From the IMG/VR virus record IMGVR_UViG_2974666105_000001, positions 15,100-79,099 of that record: DNA of 64,000 bases; one strand, given 5' to 3'. How positions within the stretch are numbered: position 1 is the stretch's first letter; each line of letters begins with the position of its first letter. A program made the translations under genes and the position numbers. A model generated the notes under the pieces. It was given only the letters and a program-made list of their open reading frames with translations. It was not told where the DNA came from and did no database searches. Of the stretch, positions 26,081-35,867 are shown piece after piece. The DNA is from a virus. Lineage: Duplodnaviria; Caudoviricetes.

Positions 26081-26418
26081 TCAGTCACCTCAGAACCTTC
26101 CACTAATTCATCGGGGATTACCGCTATATATTTCCCATCTTCTCGTTGTTTTATTAACCCGCTGTTGATTATCATGCCTATGATTTCCCCTGCCACACTA
26201 GATTTGCTATCGCCGATAATCTGATACCCTATAGATAATCCATCGAATAATTCGGGATGATCCCGTTTTAAGTCTAATAGCGCTGATTTAATTTTGTGGG
26301 CGCTATCATTATCATAGCTATTATTGCGTTGCAAAGTCCATGGTTCATCTGATGGCACCACTAGCGTGGCGACCATTTCGTTTAACGATGTTTCGTAACT
26401 TTTGTTAGTGTTATTCAT
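26077..26418 (-). CDS. Hypothetical protein
   Basis: Coupled to neighbouring genes. Confidence 0.6.
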   Translation of the reverse strand: MNNTNKSYETSLNEMVATLVVPSDEPWTLQRNNSYDNDSAHKIKSALLDLKRDHPELFDGLSIGYQIIGDSKSSVAGEIIGMIINSGLIKQREDGKYIAVIPDELVEGSEVTE

Positions 26419-26419
26419 G

Positions 26420-26608
26420 TTAACCCAGCTTTCTTCCACATAGGGGGCAGTAATTTATTCTGACTTCATCATCATCTGGTTGATCATCATAATAGTCCCA
26501 GCCATTATATACTAAATGATTTCCGCTGACATACACAGAGCCGGATTGAAAATCCATGAGGGAATTGCTGTCTTCGCCTTTGGGTCTGCATGCTTTACAT
26601 TCACTCAT
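26420..26608 (-). CDS. Small zinc-binding protein (CKAC...YCPLCGRKL)
   Basis: Third paralog of 19477/19686. Confidence 0.7.
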   Translation of the reverse strand: MSECKACRPKGEDSNSLMDFQSGSVYVSGNHLVYNGWDYYDDQPDDDEVRINYCPLCGRKLG

Positions 26609-26789
26609 TCAATTAACCCCATTTCTCCGCCTAATAAAGGGGAGTAATTCATCTCTGTTCCCATAGTATAAACAACCCTTTTATATTTCCAACCATATCC
26701 GTCAATAAATACACTCCCGGTGTAGCATTCTTTCATTATCATTTATCTCCTCAACATTAAAATGGTGATTAATCTGATCGCTATATACT

Positions 26790-27365
26790 TCAATAAGCGT
26801 AATATTCTGTGCGTACCTTGTTATTGTTCATGCGATTATTAATTGTACCAATATTCGTATTTTTATACTTAAAGGGCTTAGATACTTCAATTTTATTCTT
26901 CTTTGAGTTCCATGATGAGGTAAATACAACCTCATAGTGGGCGGCCTTATAGCTCGTTTGAACACGGGTACCTACTTTAAAGTTCTTAACCTTACGATTA
27001 TAACTGCTATCACTAAACCCGTCGAATAGATTATTCATCATATCTAAATCAGCTTTGTTACCCTCAGTGCCAATATTAACACCATTAGTATCTGCTTCGT
27101 CTTGCTTACTGGTAGTTCCATCAGATAGCACAATCTCAGACACATTGACATTACGCTTATACTTATACTCATCAAACGTCCGTAGCCCAACAATATAAGC
27201 ATACTTAGAACTCCCGGGTACATAATGTTGTGATATAATTTCAGCATTAGAGTTATCGTACGATGTATGTTCCTTAATTGCAATAGAGATAACATACCCA
27301 GAAACAATTAATAATACAGTCATTACTACCCCAAACAAGATATAGTGTTTCTTCTTACTATTCAC
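26790..27365 (-). CDS. Membrane-anchored hypothetical protein
   Basis: N-terminal TM helix; GGAGG RBS. Confidence 0.7.
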   Translation of the reverse strand: MNSKKKHYILFGVVMTVLLIVSGYVISIAIKEHTSYDNSNAEIISQHYVPGSSKYAYIVGLRTFDEYKYKRNVNVSEIVLSDGTTSKQDEADTNGVNIGTEGNKADLDMMNNLFDGFSDSSYNRKVKNFKVGTRVQTSYKAAHYEVVFTSSWNSKKNKIEVSKPFKYKNTNIGTINNRMNNNKVRTEYYAY

Positions 27366-27417
27366 TATTACCCAGCCTCCTAAAATAATAGTTTTATCGT
27401 GATGAGTGTCATAAGTT

Positions 27418-27849
27418 TTACGACACGTAAATAGGTTTAATGTTCACCTTATCCCAATCTAACGGGATGTCTTTGCGTTCTTTAATTTTTGAAATCTCCG
27501 CCAGCGTAAAAATTGTTTGATAGCTATCCGTATTAAGATCATCAGCAAGTAAAGGTTTATTGTTTTCATCAATGTTCAAATATTCATTAAGCACATTTAC
27601 TTTGTACTTAGTTTTGTCTTTTCGATCTTCGACCGGGGTTGCTGATAGTTCAGCCATAATCATATACGCTTTTTCAAACATAGGAAAACTTGTGCTCATA
27701 GACGTTAATTCAAGACCATATCTATAAGGTCTAACGTAGATAATTAAGGAGTCCTGATAGAAAACATCAAACTCTCCGTCGAGATCAACGTCGGCGCTGT
27801 AATTCTTACTCAATGCTTCGATTTGTTTCTGTGCATCGGTGTACTTCAT
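27418..27849 (-). CDS. Hypothetical protein
   Basis: GGAGG RBS; 143 aa. Confidence 0.7.
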   Translation of the reverse strand: MKYTDAQKQIEALSKNYSADVDLDGEFDVFYQDSLIIYVRPYRYGLELTSMSTSFPMFEKAYMIMAELSATPVEDRKDKTKYKVNVLNEYLNIDENNKPLLADDLNTDSYQTIFTLAEISKIKERKDIPLDWDKVNIKPIYVS

Positions 27850-27852
27850 TTT

Positions 27853-28464
27853 TCATTCCTCCAACGTTTTAGACTTCAATCCGACTTTTTTAATGTCGTA
27901 TAACTTTTGCTGGACAATGTCAGCGCCATTATCATCTGCATTAACAAACCAATATCCGTTCGCTTGTTTTCTGTTTCCTTTAATGACACTGTGAATATTT
28001 CCTTGGCTAACTTCTAATACTTGGCTAGCTCTGATTTGTGATGGAAATTGATACACTTCTAATGTTGATAAGTTTATCGCAAATACAGGGTGGTTTCGTG
28101 ATTTTCCGAATTTTTCCCGATATTTGCTATTGTACAAGCTTGAACACCATTCAAGGTTTTCAACACAATTGTCATCTCTAACACAGTCTTTATGGTTTAC
28201 CTCTGGAAAATTATCAGGATTTGGAATAAAAGCTTGAGCCACAAGGCGATGAACTTTTTTCATAGTCCATTTACCATCAACTGGAATAGATACTTGTAGA
28301 TAACCATGACCATTTTCAAATTGTTTTAAAATTCGTCCTTTCGTGAAACGTGTCTTGTTTTCGCTTGATACCACCCTATCTAACATGCGAACATTGCCAA
28401 AATCAGAAATTTCTACCCCTGTAATTCCCGGAATTGATTTCCAAGTTTCACTTTCTTCAAACAT
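27853..28464 (-). CDS. Free-standing HNH homing endonuclease (NUMOD4-HNH-NUMOD1 type)
   Basis: WKSIPG...ISDFGNVR, VHRLVAQAFIPNP...VNHKD..RDDN..NLEW. Confidence 0.9.
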   Translation of the reverse strand: MFEESETWKSIPGITGVEISDFGNVRMLDRVVSSENKTRFTKGRILKQFENGHGYLQVSIPVDGKWTMKKVHRLVAQAFIPNPDNFPEVNHKDCVRDDNCVENLEWCSSLYNSKYREKFGKSRNHPVFAINLSTLEVYQFPSQIRASQVLEVSQGNIHSVIKGNRKQANGYWFVNADDNGADIVQQKLYDIKKVGLKSKTLEE

Positions 28465-28506
28465 AACTATTTCTCCTCAACTTTCCATTTCCTCGTTTTG
28501 CTATAT

Positions 28507-28967
28507 TTCATTTATCTTCCTCCACTTGGTATCCGTCTAGCCATGCTCTAACAAAATCATCTTGAATTTCAACCCACTGTTCACGTGTGCGATACTTTTC
28601 TGAAATAATCAGCTACCTTTTCTGGCAGGTCTGGTTCGTTCATTGCTCCACCAATTGCAACCATGTTTGCCTTACACTTATCAATCCAGTCACCTACTGC
28701 CTTAGGAATAACTGGTAACTCAGCATAAGTCTTCTTGAATACGTCATCGGCGATTGCCCAGTTTTCATCCTCAACTCCAGATGCAATCCAGTCGCCAATA
28801 TTCACTCTTAGCTCGCCTTCCATTGTTGGCAAGAAGTAGGCTCCTTCAAATCCTATAGCAGTAGATGCAAGCTGTGTATTAATAATATCATATTTATCAA
28901 TCATCTCATCGCTACCATCAAACCGTTCAGCCTTGATAGTAGCTGTTTTAATATAAGTTTTAATCAT
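28507..28967 (-). pseudogene. Two-domain phage protein interrupted by an apparent +1 frameshift near 28600
   Basis: Frame 0 ends VSHT at 28581; +1 frame continues SEKYRTREQW...FVRAWLDGYQVEEDK, a DUF1642-like C-terminus matching the ELPVIPKAV segment. Confidence 0.55.
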
Positions 28968-28972
28968 CTTAG

Positions 28973-29164
28973 TCACCCCATAACGTTTTTCTGATACCAT
29001 TTATCTATTTGTCGTGCTACTGTTAGTGGATTATCATCACTAGATAGCAAGTCTTTAAACTCAGAACGCACTATGTCAAACTCTTCCCATGTATCTACTA
29101 CGTGGTGTGCCCTCTCAGCAATTTCATTAAAATCATCACGTTTCTTTAATTCTGATAGCTTCAT
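28973..29164 (-). CDS. Hypothetical protein
   Basis: GGAGG RBS. Confidence 0.6.
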   Translation of the reverse strand: MKLSELKKRDDFNEIAERAHHVVDTWEEFDIVRSEFKDLLSSDDNPLTVARQIDKWYQKNVMG

Positions 29165-29337
29165 TTGTCCGCCTCCGTATAAAGGATAGTTAACGTATGT
29201 GAATGGTCGTCATATGGCAATACCGTGTCACTTGCAGAAATTTGAACGACATTTTTGTCTTTAATGAAATCATTGACTTTATCATCAAATTCATCATCAC
29301 TTGTACAGTTAGTCCAGAATGTTTTAACTTTCATCAT
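29161..29337 (-). CDS. Small hypothetical protein (MKVKTF...DDKVNDFIKDKNVVQI)
   Basis: GGAG RBS; common phage small-protein pattern. Confidence 0.6.
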   Translation of the reverse strand: MMKVKTFWTNCTSDDEFDDKVNDFIKDKNVVQISASDTVLPYDDHSHTLTILYTEADK

Positions 29338-29347
29338 TTTATTACTC

Positions 29348-29668
29348 CTAATCAGAAATTGTAAGAGATGAGTGCATGTATACAGTGTTTGTGGCATCAT
29401 CATAAAATGAATCAGTACGTACTCCCATTCCAGCCCAATTAGTCTCAACCGGCATGTCTTTGGGTAATTTTTTAAGATCTTCGATTAATCCCCCGACGGT
29501 TTCTCCAAAATCCCAATTTTCATCTACGACCGGGGATGTGATAACAGCTTTCTCCGCTTCAACACAACCGTCTAATTCATCCTTAATTTTGTCATGATCA
29601 ATAGGATAATTACTAAAGACTGGAATTCCCCAGACCTCATCTTCATGCTTCCACTTATTATTGCTCAT
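29348..29668 (-). CDS. Hypothetical acidic protein
   Basis: Operon context. Confidence 0.6.
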   Translation of the reverse strand: MSNNKWKHEDEVWGIPVFSNYPIDHDKIKDELDGCVEAEKAVITSPVVDENWDFGETVGGLIEDLKKLPKDMPVETNWAGMGVRTDSFYDDATNTVYMHSSLTISD

Positions 29669-29855
29669 CGGTTTCATCCCCAATTTTTCCAATCATAATT
29701 TTTGTAAATTCCTCTGTTTCATCAATATGATCAAGAAGAGTTTTCAAAATTGTCGGTAAATCATAAGGAGTATCAAACTCCATTTCAATCTCATACCCAT
29801 CTGATTCTCCAACCGTTTTGATATGATATTTGTTTTCAATTTCTGATTTTACCAT
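29658..29855 (-). CDS. Hypothetical protein
   Basis: Operon context. Confidence 0.55.
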   Translation of the reverse strand: MVKSEIENKYHIKTVGESDGYEIEMEFDTPYDLPTILKTLLDHIDETEEFTKIMIGKIGDETDEQ

Positions 29856-30062
29856 TTAATCATCGTCTTCTTTCTTTTTATCCTCAATATCTTCAATCCT
29901 ACCCATGACATAGCTGATCACGGCGAACAATGTTGACACGCCATATATTACATAACATTCATTGTTTGACAGTACCCCACTATTGTTAGCTATAATCAGT
30001 GCACCAAGTATGGAGGTTACGCACCATACAATATACGATCTAAGTAAGCTAATCTTCACCAT
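29856..30062 (-). CDS. Two-TM membrane protein
   Basis: Two hydrophobic helices. Confidence 0.6.
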   Translation of the reverse strand: MVKISLLRSYIVWCVTSILGALIIANNSGVLSNNECYVIYGVSTLFAVISYVMGRIEDIEDKKKEDDD

Positions 30063-30297
30063 CTCCCACTAAAATGAATCTTTTATCATTGGGGTTAAAT
30101 TCTGGAAGATAGTCTCTAAACACGTACTGATAGTAAAAATAGGTATCTTCATCAAATACTTGGGTGTATTCTGGTCCACCAAGGTCTGAAAAATCTTTAT
30201 TACAATCTTTATCCGCCATATATACGGACTTACCATCAGGTCCAAAATATGCTTCCAAATATTGATCTCCTGGGAGCATTTTCACCCTAAATTTCAT
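30049..30297 (-). CDS. Hypothetical protein
   Basis: GGAGG RBS before MKFRVKM. Confidence 0.6.
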   Translation of the reverse strand: MKFRVKMLPGDQYLEAYFGPDGKSVYMADKDCNKDFSDLGGPEYTQVFDEDTYFYYQYVFRDYLPEFNPNDKRFILVGDGED

Positions 30298-30691
30298 TTT
30301 TACTTTCCTCCAATTCTTTATCAACTTCTGAAATTGAAGCATTCAAATCATCATCAATGCTCATGGCCAGTGTTTTTGGATCGTATGGTCTTGTCGCGTT
30401 GAGAGTCCAGACTTTTGAACAATACGGACAAGTACATTTATACTCTTCTTTAAGCAACTTCTGATGGTCAATTTCTACCATATGTTGGTTATGCCCCTCA
30501 CCAAATAGTCTTTCAACAAACGTAAAGCCGCACCGGGTACAGGTCATTTCAGTTTGAATCCAGTTGTTCAAGTCTGTATTCACCTTTGTATTAGAGTTAT
30601 AACAAAAAATCTTACAAGGTTTGTTCAAGTAAATGTCATAAATTGGAAAAAGCGTTTCATTGTCCGTTTTAAAACCGTCTAGTTTTTGCAT
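30287..30691 (-). CDS. Zinc-finger hypothetical protein
   Basis: CTRC...CPYC motifs. Confidence 0.65.
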   Translation of the reverse strand: MQKLDGFKTDNETLFPIYDIYLNKPCKIFCYNSNTKVNTDLNNWIQTEMTCTRCGFTFVERLFGEGHNQHMVEIDHQKLLKEEYKCTCPYCSKVWTLNATRPYDPKTLAMSIDDDLNASISEVDKELEESKNEI

Positions 30692-30768
30692 ACTTCATCG
30701 TTCCTTTCTATAAACAGAAGATCATATCTAGGGCGTCATTACAAGCGCAAAATAATATTTTTATTTAA

Positions 30769-31620
30769 TTATTGTGCCACCAGAGGATCCACTTTAGAGG
30801 CCACCTCATTACCGAATTTCGCTCTGATGGACTCCATAGCATTACCATTATCTTCTACGAACCAATAACCGCTAGTTTGTTTTTGTCTGCCTTTTAGAAC
30901 ATTATTAATACATACTATGTTAACTCCAAGTTCGCGCCCGGCTTCTCTCTGTGACGAAAACTTCAAGACCTCTAGTGTTTCCAAATTGACTGCAACTGTG
31001 CCTCCTATAAATAGCATACCACCTTTAATCTCGTGCAACTTATCTTTATTAATTTCACTCTCGTCTTCTGTAAACCAATATCCACATGCCTGATTGCGTT
31101 TACCTTTTAAGATACTGCAAATGTGTGCTTGGCTGATCTCTAATTTGCGGCTTGCTTCATGCTGTGACAAAAATTGTAAAACCTCGTATGTTGCTAGGTT
31201 GATTGCATACAAAGGGTGGCCTAGTGTTTTTGTGTTTGATATTCCGTATTTTTCACGGTACTTCGCATTGTCCGAAGGAGTAACCCACTCAAGGTTGACT
31301 AGCCGATTATCTGTCCTATCGCAATTTTTGTGATTGACCTGTGGTAAGCTATCTGGGTTGGGTAAGAAGCATTCTGCCACGAGTCTATGAACACTTCTAT
31401 TAATTGTCTTGCCATCCATGCTAAAGTTCACACGTAGATAGCCATTGTTACTACGGTGTTGCTTCAAGATTCTACCCTTCACAAAAAGTCTCCCACCTTT
31501 GCCGGTTGTCGCTTGTCTATCTAACATCCTTATCCGTCCCCATGTACTCACCTCGATAAACGAGAAATCTGGGTGCATTTTCCAATTTTCAAACTCTTGT
31601 TTAGTCTTATTTTTAATCAC
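30769..31620 (-). CDS. Free-standing HNH homing endonuclease with duplicated C-terminal DNA-binding repeat
   Basis: VHRLVAECFLPNP...VNHKN..RTDNRLVNLEW; two AINL.T.EVL.F.SQ.EA.R.L repeats. Confidence 0.9.
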   Translation of the reverse strand: MIKNKTKQEFENWKMHPDFSFIEVSTWGRIRMLDRQATTGKGGRLFVKGRILKQHRSNNGYLRVNFSMDGKTINRSVHRLVAECFLPNPDSLPQVNHKNCDRTDNRLVNLEWVTPSDNAKYREKYGISNTKTLGHPLYAINLATYEVLQFLSQHEASRKLEISQAHICSILKGKRNQACGYWFTEDESEINKDKLHEIKGGMLFIGGTVAVNLETLEVLKFSSQREAGRELGVNIVCINNVLKGRQKQTSGYWFVEDNGNAMESIRAKFGNEVASKVDPLVAQ

Positions 31621-31692
31621 TATAATTTCCTTCTTGAATTTTGTAAACTAAGATTGCTGCATTACCCATTACAGTGTACGATAATCTACATT

Positions 31693-32130
31693 TTAGTCAA
31701 CTGGGATTGGATCAAAATTATTCTCTGTCAAGAAGAAGCCTGGATTATTAATCATCCCATCAATTTCGTTCACAGAAAAACTAACCTTTGCCCATGAAAA
31801 AGAATCATCGGCATCATCAGTGAAGTATCGATCTTCTTGCATGTCATAATTCAGATAACCATCTTTTTCACCCAACCCCTTAATTTTGACATAATATTTT
31901 TTAGAAGCGTCGCGCCAATTCTTTAAAGTTTTTTGATCTTTTGTTGGGATATCTTTTGATTGGTTTGCTAGGTTCATGAATGTCTCCTCAACGTTTTCAT
32001 CTCTAATCGCAATATTTGACCCATCATCAAACACTAACCGCCAGTTTCCAAATTCATTCTTATATATATATTCGATATTATCAGTATCTAAATATAGTTC
32101 ATCATTAGCTTTAATCAACATATTCGTCAC
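31693..32130 (-). CDS. Hypothetical protein
   Basis: KKYYVKIKGL..KDGYLN motif. Confidence 0.65.
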   Translation of the reverse strand: MTNMLIKANDELYLDTDNIEYIYKNEFGNWRLVFDDGSNIAIRDENVEETFMNLANQSKDIPTKDQKTLKNWRDASKKYYVKIKGLGEKDGYLNYDMQEDRYFTDDADDSFSWAKVSFSVNEIDGMINNPGFFLTENNFDPIPVD

Positions 32131-32219
32131 CTGTCCTTTTCTCGATAAATATATTATCTCATTTTAACTTCTCCATGTCAAATTTATTTACAAAAAAAGA
32201 CCCTATAGGGGCCCTGATA

Positions 32220-32417
32220 CTATTTATAAAACGCTTGTTTTGTAATTCCAACTTTAGTAATCAATACTGTATTTTGCTCGTCAGCTAATCTAACTTTTAG
32301 ACCAGAAATAGCTTTTTCTTCATCACCACAAAAGTTCGTATACCAGATAAATCCATGAGATTTTGCCCACGTATTTGATTCTCCTAGCGTTTTGAACTCC
32401 TTATGACTAACTCTCAT
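32220..32417 (-). CDS. Hypothetical protein
   Basis: GGGGGTGA RBS. Confidence 0.6.
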   Translation of the reverse strand: MRVSHKEFKTLGESNTWAKSHGFIWYTNFCGDEEKAISGLKVRLADEQNTVLITKVGITKQAFYK

Positions 32418-32444
32418 GTTTTATCACCCCCTATTATAAATTAT

Positions 32445-32771
32445 CTACTCTTCTCGTACGGTCGCGTACGGATACTCAGCGCAATTTTCTGACAACTCTC
32501 GCATAAAGTTCAAGCAACCCTCAATCGTCCCCCACCCATTTTCAGCCTCAAATTGTTGGTAAAATAATGGTTTGGAATTAATATCCATAATTGCTTTTCT
32601 AAGTTTTGGTTCCAAATCTCTAGCGATCATACCGTTCCAATCTTTCGGACTGCTGCCAACACTTTCCACAAACATGTCTCTCAGATTGTAAGTAATACTA
32701 AAATCGTCACCCATCTCAATCCACTTATCAACATCTTGAATTTTAGCCTCTAAATAAATACAATAACTCAT
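32445..32771 (-). CDS. Conserved phage hypothetical protein
   Basis: SITYNLRDMF...ENGWGTIEG.L.F motif. Confidence 0.7.
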   Translation of the reverse strand: MSYCIYLEAKIQDVDKWIEMGDDFSITYNLRDMFVESVGSSPKDWNGMIARDLEPKLRKAIMDINSKPLFYQQFEAENGWGTIEGCLNFMRELSENCAEYPYATVREE

Positions 32772-32772
32772 T

Positions 32773-33165
32773 TTAATTATCCCGCCTTTTCAATAGTTTA
32801 GGGTTAGTGTGAATATTGCCAGATACCTTAATTTCATTGCTAAAGTAATAGTCATTTACGCCGAATCCCTTGCTAGAAACATCCTTTGCAATCCATTTAC
32901 CGTATACATAATTGCCTTTCTTAACTTTAAAAGGCTTACCAATCTTGTGCTCTGTATACAACATAATTGGTTGTATAATATCACCTTCATAAATGTCCTT
33001 GTCGTTCAAGTCTTTCAGTCCAGTAAACTGTTCAACAGCATATCGCTCATTGTCGAGTAAGAAGTCGCCAAAGCAAGATTCATTTGTGTCGTAAGTGTCC
33101 TGCACATCATATAGGTAAGATTCGTTTTCCTTGTTCCATGCTCTAAACTTAATCATCGTCGCCAT
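32773..33165 (-). CDS. YopX family protein
   Basis: IKFRAWNK, VEQFTGLKDLNDKDIYEGDII, GNIHTNPKLL. Confidence 0.9.
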   Translation of the reverse strand: MATMIKFRAWNKENESYLYDVQDTYDTNESCFGDFLLDNERYAVEQFTGLKDLNDKDIYEGDIIQPIMLYTEHKIGKPFKVKKGNYVYGKWIAKDVSSKGFGVNDYYFSNEIKVSGNIHTNPKLLKRRDN

Positions 33166-33417
33166 CTCCTACTAAATCGTCTATCTCATCAATTGCCCTC
33201 TGAATTCCATCAACGTATGTAGCATTATAATTAGCATCTTCACTCATTGATAGTTGCTGATTTCTTGCATCCACTAATCGACGCCACAATTCTTTCATTT
33301 CATCGCTCATTTTCAATCCTCCCCAAACGCTTCGAATGCTTATTTTCGTTCTTCAATAGTTGGTTCTGTTATGATTACCATATTTACTCCTCCTTTCCAT
33401 GAAAACGGAAATTTCAT

Positions 33418-33810
33418 TTAATGTGATGATATATACTGCACATCTTTGTATTTCTTCCAAAATCGTTTAATTAGTCGAATTAATTCGTGCCGGCTCAATC
33501 GTTGATGAGCGACGAGAATGGTAACCGCAACCAGATCAGCCATTAACTGTTTGTAACTCCTATTAGGATAATCAACAGTATAACCGCCATTATCAATTGA
33601 GATAGTAATTTTCCCCTTCACTGTTGCTTCTCCTCTATATAAAATAGTAATTTTATTGTGATTTTTCTTTGACGTGTGCCCACAAAACACCCTACAAGCC
33701 ATTTGCGGGGTGTCTAAGCAATTATACCATGATTCTAGTATAATTACATTAAGAACATTTTTAACACCCGTTAGAATCTCTTTAAGAGAGTCACTTTTTC
33801 TGTTGCTCAA
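33418..33810 (-). CDS. Hypothetical protein
   Basis: Operon context. Confidence 0.55.
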   Translation of the reverse strand: MSNRKSDSLKEILTGVKNVLNVIILESWYNCLDTPQMACRVFCGHTSKKNHNKITILYRGEATVKGKITISIDNGGYTVDYPNRSYKQLMADLVAVTILVAHQRLSRHELIRLIKRFWKKYKDVQYISSH

Positions 33811-34069
33811 TATTTTTGACTAAATACCAGTCTGCTGATAGCATGTCAGTTTGACTTGCAAGCCAACCAACCTGCACAACCCCACTTGTTGTTTTGATTG
33901 CTAATACATCAGAACATTCCTCAAAATCTTGAACCGATGTGCCGTAAAATACTCCATCTTCAAGGTCTCCACCCTGAATAAGAAAAATATATTGTCCAGA
34001 TCCATTCCATCCATGACGTGAAACGAGATTTCCATTTTTTAATTCTTCAAGTGCTTCTCCAAAAGTCAT
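33791..34069 (-). CDS. tad2: DUF2829 / Tad2-family (Thoeris anti-defence sponge-like) protein
   Basis: MTFGEALEELK.G..V.R.GWNG...GWLASQTDMLSADW signature. Confidence 0.75.
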   Translation of the reverse strand: MTFGEALEELKNGNLVSRHGWNGSGQYIFLIQGGDLEDGVFYGTSVQDFEECSDVLAIKTTSGVVQVGWLASQTDMLSADWYLVKNIEQQKK

Positions 34070-34242
34070 TACTTAATCCCCCTCCAAACATGAATACCAA
34101 ACGCTACATACAATGAAACAAAAATCAGGTACAATGCGCCCGCAATCAATTCAGGTAACAGTACAAGCCACCACGACCATGTGATAATTCCCATTAACTT
34201 CAATACGATAAACACAATCGTCAATGTTTCTGTAAATCCCAC
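34069..34242 (-). CDS. Small membrane protein (not in ORF track)
   Basis: GTG start; LTIVFIVLKLMGIITWSWWLVLLP motif. Confidence 0.65.
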   Translation of the reverse strand: MGFTETLTIVFIVLKLMGIITWSWWLVLLPELIAGALYLIFVSLYVAFGIHVWRGIK

Positions 34243-34262
34243 TATATAATTCCCCCCATTTT

Positions 34263-34520
34263 TTAAAATTTAACCGCCATAGTACCACTTAAAACAGAAT
34301 CAAGTACACCTGAAAACAACATTACTAAATCGTTTAATTCTGGATAGACCCATGTTTTCCCAGTGTCAAGATTAGTTATCCCATATTTGTAAGAATCATT
34401 GTAGCGTTCCTTGATACTAGTGATCATATAATATTGCCCTACCTTATCCTTAATCACGTTCCCTGGTTTAAATGCCGTTTCGGGTTTGATCCCGATTTCT
34501 AATCCGCTTAAAATTTCCAT
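34263..34520 (-). CDS. Paralog array member 4
   Basis: GAGGAG RBS before MEILSG; FKPGNVIKD..GQYYMI...YGITNLDTG. Confidence 0.7.
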   Translation of the reverse strand: MEILSGLEIGIKPETAFKPGNVIKDKVGQYYMITSIKERYNDSYKYGITNLDTGKTWVYPELNDLVMLFSGVLDSVLSGTMAVKF

Positions 34521-34521
34521 T

Positions 34522-34809
34522 TTACTCCTCAGAATCAGGTTTAAACTCGAACGAACCAGAAAGAATATCGTCACCGTAATCTGAATAAGCATCTTCTAGT
34601 TCACTTTCACTATCAAACGAAATATCGTGATGACTATGTCTTGCAATCATGGAATTAGACAGATTAACCAAAGCAAATTTTTTATTCTCAGTTTCTTGAT
34701 CATAGACTCCAACAACTAAATATACATTTCCACACTGATCTAAAATAACGTTTCCTTGTTTATACAGCCCATCAACTTTTTGTTCTTTATCAATTCCTGT
34801 AATTTTCAT
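34522..34809 (-). CDS. Paralog array member 3
   Basis: YKQGNVILD..GNVYLVV...FALVNL...FDSESEL. Confidence 0.75.
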   Translation of the reverse strand: MKITGIDKEQKVDGLYKQGNVILDQCGNVYLVVGVYDQETENKKFALVNLSNSMIARHSHHDISFDSESELEDAYSDYGDDILSGSFEFKPDSEE

Positions 34810-34824
34810 TATATTCCTCCTAAT

Positions 34825-35055
34825 TTAGCCAAAGTCAACTACATGTTCACCAGTTACATGAACATCGTCAGCGTCTAAGTATGATCGTAATTGTTGCAAT
34901 GAATCATAACATGCACCAGCAAGTCCGTCACTCAAGTCAATCAACGTATATTTGTTTTCAACTCTGACGACAATAAACAACTGGCTACAATGATAGATTA
35001 CATCACCTAAATTGTATGAATCTTTTTCTATATCAAGATCTCCAACTAACTTCAT
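34825..35055 (-). CDS. Paralog array member 2
   Basis: YNLGDVI...FIVV...YTLIDLSDG...YDSLQQL. Confidence 0.75.
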   Translation of the reverse strand: MKLVGDLDIEKDSYNLGDVIYHCSQLFIVVRVENKYTLIDLSDGLAGACYDSLQQLRSYLDADDVHVTGEHVVDFG

Positions 35056-35065
35056 TTTTCTCTCC

Positions 35066-35347
35066 TTAATCCATATCGAATGTGATTTTTCCAGTTAATA
35101 AAACATCACTACAATCATAGAACGCATCTGATAACTCTTCCTTAGTGTCAAACCAACATTCTCCATCGTGGTATTGTAATCTTCCAGATCTTAAAGACAC
35201 CAATCCAAATTTATCATTTGAGTGATTTACTCGATTGTCATCCTTTGATACTACAAAGTAGATTCCATTCCCATTCCTAATTACATTTCCAACATTATAT
35301 AGATTACTTGCATCTTGGGGGTTAATACCATTATCTAAAAGTCTCAT
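35066..35347 (-). CDS. Paralog array member 1
   Basis: YNVGNVIR..GIYFVV...FGLVSLRSG...FDTKEEL. Confidence 0.75.
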   Translation of the reverse strand: MRLLDNGINPQDASNLYNVGNVIRNGNGIYFVVSKDDNRVNHSNDKFGLVSLRSGRLQYHDGECWFDTKEELSDAFYDCSDVLLTGKITFDMD

Positions 35348-35348
35348 T

Positions 35349-35867
35349 TTATTCGTCCACCTCGTCTAAATTAATAACATGGATTGTACCTTCCGGCAAG
35401 TGGCTGTTTTTAATTAATACGTCAATTGCATCCTGTTTACTCATGAAAACTTTTCCTTGTGTTTTATCAAACTTAAATCCATCAGCAGCATACCACGAGT
35501 CATAAAAAATATCATGAAGCATGTATCGATGTTCGATCAACGGGTTAACATGATTTACCGCATCCCATTTCTTTTGAGTATCTGCAATGGGAATTTCAAG
35601 CCTATCCCTGTCAACAAAATATCCTTGTTCGTTAGGATCTACCTCAATTAAAGATTCTATATAAGATTCTGGAATATACCCATACAAATTTGGTACTTCA
35701 TGTACCACAAACTTATAGCTATCTTCAACTCTATAATCACGAGATACATACAATACTTTTCCAGACATATCTGGATTTGAATTAACGAACGTAAGATCAC
35801 CGCTAATGTATTGTAACATAGATGTTCCAAGATCTTTCTTTAATACGCAAAAATAATATTTTCTCAT
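35349..35867 (-). CDS. Hypothetical protein
   Basis: GAGGA RBS; 172 aa. Confidence 0.65.
   Translation of the reverse strand: MRKYYFCVLKKDLGTSMLQYISGDLTFVNSNPDMSGKVLYVSRDYRVEDSYKFVVHEVPNLYGYIPESYIESLIEVDPNEQGYFVDRDRLEIPIADTQKKWDAVNHVNPLIEHRYMLHDIFYDSWYAADGFKFDKTQGKVFMSKQDAIDVLIKNSHLPEGTIHVINLDEVDE

Noticed and set aside
18645-33165. Three YopX and three YCPxCGRKL zinc-finger paralogs
   Set aside because: Common multi-copy accessory families in Firmicute phages; not unusual on their own
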